Positions 44,791 through 54,682 of a DNA stretch of 64,000 nucleotides are shown one piece after another. Both the position numbers and the translations under genes were made by a program. Every line of letters starts with the position of its first letter. Positions within the stretch are counted from its first letter, which is position 1. The stretch lies in NCBI GenBank assembly GCA_000091205.1, contig AP006502.2; one strand, 5' to 3'. The notes under the pieces are model-generated. The model did no database searches. It was not told where the DNA came from and saw only the letters and a list, made by a program, of their open reading frames with translations. Source of the DNA: Cyanidioschyzon merolae. Its lineage: Eukaryota.

Positions 44791-46135
44791 TTAAAATGGT
44801 CCGTTAAGCTGCGCGCACTGTTTCTGCACTTCGATTTTTCCGAACACTTTTCGATATACAGCCTCATCATCCAATGTACTGCGACCGGGGGCTCCGCTTC
44901 ATCTGTTCTTTAGGGCTCTCTGTCGTCATCTCGAAGTGTCGACTCCGGCTCCGTGCCGCTGGAGCTCGTTCAGCCACACCAACTGGGATGGTTCGCGGCG
45001 CCCCACGGGCAAGAGTTCGTGAAAGTACTGATATCACAACTTAATTTTTACTTAAGAGCTTCCACTCTATTTCTTTCCCCGACTTGCGCCATGCTCAAAT
45101 CACGCACTCTCCGAATTTCGATCTCTCTGTTGCAAGGCAACTCGTGGGTTCAGCACTGAGCGCCGTTCCAGTGACGATGAAAACAACTCGACGTCGTTCC
45201 TCGACGGCTTGTTCACAAGCCCAGGCCGCGAGTTCACTGGACTTGTCATCCCAAATAATCGACTCTGTCCGAAGGATGAAAACTCCTCTCTTTGTGGCAA
45301 TGGATGAAATGGCACCCAACGGCAGCATGACACCTCTCGAGTGTTCTCCGGGGGGCCCCCGAATCTTCTGTCTGCGTGGAAAAGAATCTTGTTCTAAGAC
45401 TTGAATCATCGCAGCGATCGCCTCCAGTGGACAGTGCGTCTCAGTTGTGCACGAGGACGGAACAGACTGATCGAAATATCTGGATGTGTTCCCAATCTTG
45501 GGCTTTTTTCAGGTACTTATTTCAACATGGAAAGCATCGCGCACCACCAATCCTCGACTGAAATGGAACAGCGAGCGCTTGCGCGTGCAGCTGCCAGAGT
45601 GCTCGCGTGCGGGACTACTCAGGGAAAGCGCGTGAGCGTAGCGCACGGCACAGGGCGCAGGACCGGAGGGCATCTACGGGAGCCGCCGGCGCTCGTCAAG
45701 CGCATTCACCGGGCGACAAAGCAAGCGCGCATGTACCACGGGGCGGCGCTTGGCGGATTAGGCGTTGTGGACATTCGTGAGGACCTGAGCGCAGTCACCT
45801 ACCACCGCTATGTGGGCGCATTAAAGTTGAACAGAAAAAGGGTGAAAATGCGAAGCAAAGGCTTGATTGCAACCTTCGTCTGTACATGAAATACGTAGAA
45901 AACAAGAGGAAGCGGCGAAATCGTGGCTGTAACGTTGCCATCAACATCCCTCGACTGCTGGCAACAGAGCTGGACGGATAGGAGAGCACGACGTATTGAA
46001 GGCTGGAGATAAGAGCGGGGAGAAGAACCAGTCACAGAAAAAGCCCGCGCTGGCTGGCGTTGGTGGCATCGGGAAGAGATCCGAAGCTGGGTTGATTCGC
46101 CCTCGTCAGCCGAGTGCAATCTTTCAATTTTTTGT
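44791..46135 (+). mobile_element. TnpB/Fanzor-like element, family I, copy B (full ~1.34-kb unit, about 99.5% or more identical to copy C)
   Basis: It has the same ORF set as A and C. The RuvC-III region 'KRKRRNRGCNVAINIPRLL' lies at 45916-45948. The 3' region 'ccagtcacagaaaaagcccgcg' lies at 46029-46050. Ends were defined by where identity with C stops. Confidence 0.65.
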
Positions 46136-47683
46136 CTCGCATGGTAAGGGGCTGTGTGGAGCGGCGAAGAAATGAGAGACGCTTCGTGACGCGCCCCGTT
46201 GCCTACAGTGCTAGGCGAATTATGCAGCCGCATACGCGCGATTTGTGAGCAAACATGCCCGTACATTCAAAATCATTCTGCGTATAGTTTATCTTAGACT
46301 GAGCCCGTACCCCTCTGGGCATACTGAGCTGAGATGCGCTCTGTCTATCATAGTACAGATCATGGAAAAAGCCGTGTCATGTGCTGCATGCAAAAAGGTA
46401 CTTTCTGCAGGAATCTTTGTTTTCTGATGCAGCGCGGTTTGAGCTTCGTTTTCAAATGGAACATTTAGTTGTAAAATATTAAGGACAACAGAGGGCCTGG
46501 CTTCATACGCGTTACCGAAGCCATTAAGGCCTAAATCCTGATGCGAAATTGCTTCTGGCCGTTTCTTGGAAAACGAACGGACTTCGAATGCTATTTTTCT
46601 GCATGTTCTTCCATTATGAGACAACAACCTTGGGACTTATCGTGCCCCTTATGTCTGCTACATGGTTTGCTATTCCAGGAGAGCCCCAACAGGAAAAATG
46701 TGCGTGAAATTCCACCGCGAATCTTTTGTGAGGCCTTGAATCATAGGGGCGCCTAAAATACAGAGTCTACGCTGCTTAAAATCCGAATGAAAATATCCTG
46801 CGCCCCTGGGAACGAGAGTGCTTTCCCGAAAAGAGGGGCCCTCTGGAGCGATTTCTTTGTTCTCTTCGATTGACAATTCTTGGAATGTGTGGATATTTTG
46901 AACGTATACGCAAAATCACGGGGAGTTACGCCCAACAAACTTGCACGCGTGAATAGTGGATGAGGTTCATTAAGGCGTAAATTTTTGGTCTTCGAGGTTC
47001 CCCTGAGCGCCTATTCCCAATCATGAAGTAAAGAATTTACATATCTCTCCTCACGCATCTAGCACTGTAAGTACACTCGCAACTTGTTTCCGAATGTATG
47101 ATCAGCCACTCTGAAGCTAGTCATGAAGAGTTCATTCGCAATGTCTGGCGCATTTTCAAGCCTTTCAAGGTCTGATACCCTCTAAATGATATGCCATGAG
47201 GAAGACGCGTCAAGTAGACTAGCACTTCCTGCGCAGTGATAGCCCACCTATTTGATTCACAAAAGAACCTTTGAGCGAAGTGAAAAATACATCGAGCTTC
47301 CGAGAAGCAGGTTCCGTACTCCGAAACGCAAACTTCAACAATGCCACGGTAATTGCCATATGGATGCCGACTATGTTGCGTGCAAGGCTCAGGAACTTGA
47401 TACAATCAAACATTTTCCACCAGGAAGAGCCTACACTCCAACCTTGTATCCAAAGCCTCACGCAGTTTGAAGAATTTCTTGTAACGATGCAACAATCGTG
47501 CTTCAGCTATTTTCTTCGTGTGAGGCCCGCAAGTATAGAAGTCAGCCCTCGCTCCCTTACATTCTCTCGGTAAAACCATTATTGAAGCTAGTTGCTGTAC
47601 GAAACAGGTTCCCAAGCAGAAGCTACACCTATAGGTGGAACTTTTAGAGTTAAGCGCTCGGTGGTGAAACCGCAACTCCCAGC

Positions 47684-48097
47684 CTAGACGTTGAAGGACT
47701 CACCACAGCCGCAGGTTCCCTTCGCATTCGGGTTCCGGAAAACAAACTCACTGGCCAGGTCGTTTTCAACGTAATCCATTTCTGTGCCAACTACGTGAAG
47801 CATAGCTCTTGGGTCTACGAGTACTCGAACCCTCCCGTCCGCAGAAACGACTTCCTCTTCGAAACGTCTCCTCTCCTTCGCGTAGTCGAGCTGGTAAGAC
47901 AGCCCATTGCAGCCGCGCTGCTTCAGGGACAGTCGAACACCGTAAGACTCGGGATGTTTTTCGAGAAGGGACCGCAAACGCTTCGCTGCGGCTTCCGTTA
48001 TAGTCATAGCGGCTCTGCTGCGACACATGGTCAGAAACAGTTGTGTGGAAATCAAAACTTTGATTGCAATCTTTCGCTTCGCTTCCGGATATGACAC
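47684..48097 (-). CDS. IscA/HesB (A-type carrier) iron-sulfur cluster assembly protein
   Basis: 'ITEAAAKRLRSLL...GVRLSLKQRGCNGLSYQL' and the C-terminus 'GTCGCGESFNV' are present. Confidence 0.8.
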   Translation of the reverse strand: MSYPEAKRKIAIKVLISTQLFLTMCRSRAAMTITEAAAKRLRSLLEKHPESYGVRLSLKQRGCNGLSYQLDYAKERRRFEEEVVSADGRVRVLVDPRAMLHVVGTEMDYVENDLASEFVFRNPNAKGTCGCGESFNV

Positions 48098-49110
48098 GTC
48101 GTCGCCTCGTCACGTTCAGCAAGGCTTGTACCATTGTACCCACATATGAGTGCTTCAACCGGTGCACTTACTGTAATTTTCGAAAAGATGCTTCGGGTTG
48201 GATATCACTCTCCAAGGCGGCTGAGATTGCGCGAACTAACCGGGACGCTGGAGCAACGGAAGCTCTCGTTCTTTCCGGAGAAGTCCACCCAAAAAGTTCC
48301 CTCAGGAGGCACTGGATAGCACACACTGTCGAAATCTGCAAAGTTGCCATCCAGAATGGCTTGCTGCCGCACGTAAACGTAGGACCACTCAGCTGGGGTG
48401 AAATGAAAGAGCTCACAAAGTTCAGCGTGAGTATGGGTCTGATGTTGGAACAAGTCACAGATAAGTTAATGGCAAGCGTGCACCGAAGAGCACCTTCGAA
48501 AGACCCCTCACTTCGCATCGAACAGTTGCATCTTGCGGGTCAGCTGAAGATACCTTTCACAACAGGAATTCTTGTCGGTCTCGGAGAAGAAGAATGTGAT
48601 TGGAAAACCTCCCTGAATTGTATAGCAGCGGTGCACAACAAATACGGGCATATCCAAGAATGCATCATACAGCCCTTTCGTCCTGGTGATCGTGGTTACA
48701 TTTCGGGCCCGAAATTGAATGCATTCCATAGCGAGGCCCTTCCGTATGTTGTGTCACTCGCTCGCAAGATACTACCGACAGAAATCGCTATACAGATTCC
48801 ACCGAATTTAGTACTGTCTGATACAGACCGCCGAAAGGGACTAGAGCTCGTGTTCCGGTGCCTCGAAGCAGGGGCGTCCGATCTCGGAGGTATTTCCCCT
48901 GTCGATGAAGTTAATCCGACCTATGCGTTTCCTAGTATTACATGGCTGAGAGAAGTTCTTTTACTAGAGGGGTTCGAGCTTATGCACCGTTTGCCTATCT
49001 ATGAGCAATATATTCCATGGATTCAGAAAGCAGAGAAATTCGAACATCTTCAAAGACTCTTTCCCGTATACAAGCAAGGCAACTCAGCCAAATCAACCCC
49101 GAAATCGTGA
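48064..49110 (+). CDS. Radical-SAM protein of the CofG/CofH (FO synthase) family, single-subunit size
   Basis: 'VTFSKACTIVPTYECFNRCTYCNF' has a C-x3-C-x-Y-C-x-F cluster, and 'DAGATEALVLSGEVHP' follows. These match CofG/CofH. MqnC/E and ThiH/HydG are lower-probability alternatives. Confidence 0.5.
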   Translation: MQSFASLPDMTRRRLVTFSKACTIVPTYECFNRCTYCNFRKDASGWISLSKAAEIARTNRDAGATEALVLSGEVHPKSSLRRHWIAHTVEICKVAIQNGLLPHVNVGPLSWGEMKELTKFSVSMGLMLEQVTDKLMASVHRRAPSKDPSLRIEQLHLAGQLKIPFTTGILVGLGEEECDWKTSLNCIAAVHNKYGHIQECIIQPFRPGDRGYISGPKLNAFHSEALPYVVSLARKILPTEIAIQIPPNLVLSDTDRRKGLELVFRCLEAGASDLGGISPVDEVNPTYAFPSITWLREVLLLEGFELMHRLPIYEQYIPWIQKAEKFEHLQRLFPVYKQGNSAKSTPKS

Positions 49111-49321
49111 TTTTTTGACAAGCTCTGATAGGAGACCTTCACAAATGAGCCCACGTATCTATAACGGCTCGCAAAATATGTGCTGCAAAGGGCGACGTGA
49201 ACATTGCTAACTAGGCGAAGATTGTTTTTCGTAGAGGGTTGGCTGAAATTAGTCAAGTTGCAAAATTTTCGAAGATTTTTACCTTTTCAGAGATGGTTTC
49301 CGTCACTTCACCAGTGTAAGC

Positions 49322-50665
49322 CAACAAATGAACGATCGCACTCGGCTGACGAGGGCGAATCAACCCAGCTTCGGATCTCTTCCCGATGCCACCAACGCCA
49401 GCCAGCGCGGGCTTTTTCTGTGACTGGTTCTTCTCCCCGCTCTTATCTCCAGCCTTCAATACGTCGTGCTCTCCTATCCGTCCAGCTCTGTTGCCAGCAG
49501 TCGAGGGATGTTGATGGCAACGTTACAGCCACGATTTCGCCGCTTCCTCTTGTTTTCTACGTATTTCATGTACAGACGAAGGTTGCAATCAAGCCTTTGC
49601 TTCGCATTTTCACCCTTTTTCTGTTCAACTTTAATGCGCCCACATAGCGGTGGTAGGTGACTGCGCTCAGGTCCTCACGAATGTCCACAACGCCTAATCC
49701 GCCAAGCGCCGCCCCGTGGTACATGCGCGCTTGCTTTGTCGCCCGGTGAATGCGCTTGACGAGCGCCGGCGGCTCCCGTAGATGCCCTCCGGTCCTGCGC
49801 CCTGTGCCGTGCGCTACGCTCACGCGCTTTCCCTGAGTAGTCCCGCACGCGAGCACTCTGGCAGCTGCACGCGCAAGCGCTCGCTGTTCCATTTCAGTCG
49901 AGGATTGGTGGTGCGCGATGCTTTCCATGTTGAAATAAGTACCTGAAAAAAGCCCAAGATTGGGAACACATCCAGATATTTCGATCAGTCTGTTCCGTCC
50001 TCGTGCACAACTGAGACGCACTGTCCACTGGAGGCGATCGCTGCGATGATTCAAGTCTTAGAACAAGATTCTTTTCCACGCAGACAGAAGATTCGGGGGC
50101 CCCCCGGAGAACACTCGAGAGGTGTCATGCTGCCGTTGGGTGCCATTTCATCCATTGCCACAAAGAGAGGAGTTTTCATCCTTCGGACAGAGTCGATTAT
50201 TTGGGATGACAAGTCCAGTGAACTCGCGGCCTGGGCTTGTGAACAAGCCGTCGAGGAACGACGTCGAGTTGTTTTCATCGTCACTGGAACGGCGCTCAGT
50301 GCTGAACCCACGAGTTGCCTTGCAACAGAGAGATCGAAATTCGGAGAGTGCGTGATTTGAGCATGGCGCAAGTCGGGGAAAGAAATAGAGTGGAAGCTCT
50401 TAAGTAAAAATTAAGTTGTGATATCAGTACTTTCACGAACTCTTGCCCGTGGGGCGCCGCGAACCATCCCAGTTGGTGTGGCTGAACGAGCTCCAGCGGC
50501 ACGGAGCCGGAGTCGACACTTCGAGATGACGACAGAGAGCCCTAAAGAACAGATGAAGCGGAGCCCCCGGTCGCAGTACATTGGATGATGAGGCTGTATA
50601 TCGAAAAGTGTTCGGAAAAATCGAAGTGCAGAAACAGTGCGCGCAGCTCAATGGACCATTTTAAT
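49322..50665 (-). mobile_element. TnpB/Fanzor-like element, family I, copy C (full ~1.34-kb unit, inverted relative to B)
   Basis: Its 162-aa, 104-aa and 61-aa ORFs are identical to those of B. The RuvC-III region is identical to B on the minus strand. Confidence 0.65.
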
Positions 50666-52309
50666 CTCTCACCGAGCTTGAACCGTCGAGAAATTCTAGC
50701 TGGAAGCGCGAAATTTGCGCGCGCGTTTGCATAGATTTTCGATCGCGATCTGAATTGTTCTCTTTATTTGGGAGCAATGTTTCATAACGTGCTTAGGCTC
50801 CTTACAAGTGTCGTGGCAGAAAACCGAACGGTCCAGTTCTGTTTGACGGGATTCTCGAACAACAATATCGCCGGAAGTTCGAGGGATTTGCATTCAGAAC
50901 AGAATATGTATTTCTTACGATTTCTTTGCTGGCAGCTTCGGGACCAGTGAGGTGGTTGGTTAATTCCAGTGAATCACTAATGTACAGCGAACCTTTATCG
51001 TTATATACTTGCACAGGAAAGCGTTTTCCTGTATTTACACTCGATTCACTAACCTCAATGGTTTGCTGTGCCATTCCATGCCAGAACCATGCTCCAGGCC
51101 AGAATACCATAAGTCTCATCTGGGTCAATTACTCTCTCTCACGGCAATACTTTAGCGTTTCAGGAGAATGGATTGACTGAGTATTGAATGATTCCCTGGG
51201 AAGTTAACTCGACTCAAAGATGCTGAACGCTTCCAATGCACAAAACATTTCCGGACTTTGATCGAGGCGCTCACTTCTCGTTGCGGAGAATATTTGAGCG
51301 AATTTTTGCTGGTAGGAGCACACCCGAGCAAGTCTCTCACCTAGCTTTGCACTCCCATTTGACGTCTGCTCAGCTTGCTGGGGATCATCTGGTGAATCAG
51401 GCTCGTTTCACTTGTTTCCCCAGCAGCAATTTCAGTTTGCATTCTGCGCTCGTAATAAGTTTACGCCGCCTTGAATTCAATGGTGGTACTCGTAGAGAAT
51501 CATCTCTGCAATCAGTTCTCGCGCTCGTAGAAGGAACAGAAGAGCATCTTTGTACGCTATAACTCCAAGATCGTCACTGTCTACCTTCGAAACACAAGGC
51601 ATATCTGCCATTTCTTTTTTTGACTCCACTGAAGAAAAATGGCGAATGAACGCTTCCTGCATCCGTACAATCGACTGCATTGCGTTCCCCAGCGCAGGTC
51701 AACTAACCTCTAACGAAGATCGTCTTCAAGAGCCAGTTGGACTTTCAGGTCCTCTCTGGATCTAACCTCCACAGCATGCCACTCAGATGGATACGGTGCT
51801 CCAACCGTCGCTATCGGTTGTAACCCCGTCATTCCAAACGTTCGTGTGCCTCCTGACGCCCATCATGCTTCACTCTAGTATAAAGCCCTCGAAAATTTGC
51901 ACACTATCATCTGGATTCTGTTCAACTCTTTCATTCCGCTCTCTTGATTTTGAGATAAGGCAACCGCGCGATGTATTTCTCTTCATTTATCTTGGACGGT
52001 TGAAAATCAGCATCGTTAGTTGAGTCAAGTTTAAGTTTCACAAAGTGCATGCAGCCTGGTCTTCCGTCGGTCTCCATTCTCCCTGCGTACTCCTTACGAT
52101 TTCCTGCCCTGTAAGGCGAAACGTCGAATCAGCTCTACCCATGATCTTCGGAAAGCTGTTCGAGTGACCCGTGCTCGCTGCCAGAGACCGGCCGTAGCCC
52201 ACTGAGTGGAACGTATAGTACAGAGGAGTCTGCTGTGATTAGTGGGCGTTGAAGTGACGAACGAGGGCCGCTTCGAGCAGACGCTTACGGAGTCGAGTGC
52301 ACCCGCATT

Positions 52310-52620
52310 GGTGGACGGAGTCTGCTTCGCTCTCGAGGGCTCTCTTGAGGCAAATATAATGGGGCGAGAGATGCAAGCAAGGCAGGTACCCCGTTAACGC
52401 CATGGTATGGATAAGACTTGTGCCGATCCTCTCGAGGGCTCTTTTGAGGCGAATATAATGGGGCGCGGAATGCAAGCAAGGCAGGTATCCCGTTGACACC
52501 ATCGTATGGATAAGACTTGTGCCGATCCTCTCGAGGGCTCTCTCGACGCGAATATAGTGGTGCGCGAATTGCAAGCAAGGCAGGTATCCCGTTGACGCCA
52601 TCGTATGGATAGGACGTGTG
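52310..52620. repeat. Tandem repeat, ~93-bp unit with at least 3 copies
   Basis: 'tgccgatcctctcgagggctct[c/t]t[t/c]gaggc[a/g]aatataatggggcg[a/c]g[a/g]gatgcaagcaaggcaggta[c/t]cccgtt[a/g]ac[g/a]ccatggtatggataagacttg' repeats. It sits in an AT-rich, gene-free stretch. Confidence 0.8.
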
Positions 52621-54682
52621 GCGATCCGAGTCCGAGATCCACTCGATAGGCGCGGGCGATCTGACGCGAGTCTCGCTCTCGGTGCGATATCGCTTCCGGC
52701 GTCGTTGGCACCTCGATCCCATCTGTCACCATCAGCTTGTCATTTGCCTCCTTCGGCACTCCAAGAAACCGTTCTATCAGTCACCACTTTTTTGGGCCAG
52801 TAAGGTGGCTAAAACGGTTCTAACTTCCAAACGGTGAACCGATTGAAGCACTCGAGATTGTCTCGCGTATCGTTTCATTTTTCAGGTTGATTCGATATTT
52901 TTCTCTTTCGTCATAGATATTCCGATTGCTGATGTGATTTCATGACGTACAAATGTTTTCTCGCAAGCGTGCGTGCAGATCTTGTATACTGCGATCAGGC
53001 CGTGTTTCACGTTCTGTCGCGAACGCTGGTAGAAGAACGAAGGATTTGTACAAAAATCCGTGTGGAATGAGGGCAGCTCGCAATGCGCATCCGGAACTTG
53101 CACGAGCATTTGCATGACGAGCTGTGCCATGGCAAGAGAAGCTATACTAGCCTTCCTCGGGTAAAAGGCTACACAATATCTGATGGGGTCGTGCATGTCA
53201 CATGTAGGAAAATTCTTCCTGTTAAAATATTTTAGTCGGTTGGCTTCGCAGAGATTCCAGACCAAACGCTCCGACCAATTGTCTTTCCTGTGCATTCTTG
53301 TCTTACACTTGGTAGAATCTTTCTCTCCATTTTCTAGCAGTATTTCGCCTTCTCTTGCGCTCAGCTTGCTGGCTTCATTGTCGTCGGTAAACTCAACATC
53401 CGTTTTTCCGCCTGATTCATACGTACCGGATGGACGGTGAGATCAAGGCTCGCTTATTGTGAGTAAATAAGATTGCATCTTTTTTCCCACATATAACTTT
53501 ACATCATCTGTTCCCTAGCGACTTTGCCCATGGAATGGGATGTGCGTTTTGGTTCCCTCGCGCGCTCGCAAAGAGAAGCAATAGTTTGTTTCAGGACAAT
53601 AGAAAGAAGAGAATGATTTGTCTACGAGCGTTTTCACGAGCACGATAGACTCGTTCTCGCAGATGGCGTCTCACTATGTGAGACGAACATGCCCTTTGTG
53701 TGATAGAAATTCGCGTTTCAGTGCGAGATCGATAATATACAGTTAATCGTGCGACAATCTCACAATGTGGCGTAATTTTTTTGCTCATCCGTTTCTTTTC
53801 AATATCGTTCATATTAACGGTACATAAACTTCACATCACTTCTTTTCTTTGGTAGCTTTTCGTAGAGAACGTAGGGAATGGAATGGATCGATGGGGGAAG
53901 ACGCGTGTAGGTACAGTTTCGCAAATTCAGGCATGAGTGCATGACGTTCAGAACAAGGGCTAAACGAAGGGAAGCTCATCAACCTTTGAACCATAGAGCG
54001 ACTGACAGACGTAATGCCATTTTTCGCAGGCTCGTAGTGACAGCATACCCTCTCCCGAAACCTCTCTCCAGTTTGCAGGATGCATTTCATTTGTTGGTTA
54101 CGAGCGAGAAAATCAAAAATAAACAAAAAGAATGCGCTAGTCAATGTGCAACAGAACTCACTGTTCTGCGCACAACCACTCTGAGCGTAACGAACACGAT
54201 TCAATCGTGTAAAGCGTGTTTTCCGGGTGCTCCCACCATCGCACGATCTCATACCAAGTTACTTGAGGAGCGTACTTAATAGATCGTTTCCCCATACCCA
54301 GACACTGTCGTATGTCACAACGGCATACCAGTGCGCTTAGGAGTCAACTGACGACAAGTCAGGGAGTATACGCGAAGGGAGCCACACCGAGTGGCTCAAA
54401 ACCGGCTCCCGCGCCAATGCGCGTAGCTCTTGTACAATGGCTGCATAACCGCTTTTCATAGAAAACCAAAATGAAACCTAAGGCGTGTTGCAGCGACCAG
54501 CAAATCATCAATACTTTTTGGGCCGATTGGCGAGGGCGACTCCATCGACCGTTACACGAATCTCCGAGGCGGCGGATCCGCGACGCCTGCGGCTGCGATT
54601 TTATCTTCTAAATAATTTCGCATCCGCACAGTTCTAGCTCACAGTTGCCGATAGTAGTTTCCGGCTCCTTAGTTTCGTTTAG

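Noticed and set aside
45084-45889. Treating the 106-, 61- and 162-aa ORFs of the repeat unit as three separate small genes.
   Set aside because: They are consecutive frames of one TnpB/Fanzor-like coding region whose C-terminus carries the RuvC-III motif. They are split by frameshifts or possible short introns, not independent CDSs.
52239-52759. Regularly spaced direct repeats, considered as a CRISPR-like array.
   Set aside because: The context is eukaryotic. The units are about 93 bp, contiguous, without unique spacers, and diverge like a satellite. It is not a CRISPR array.
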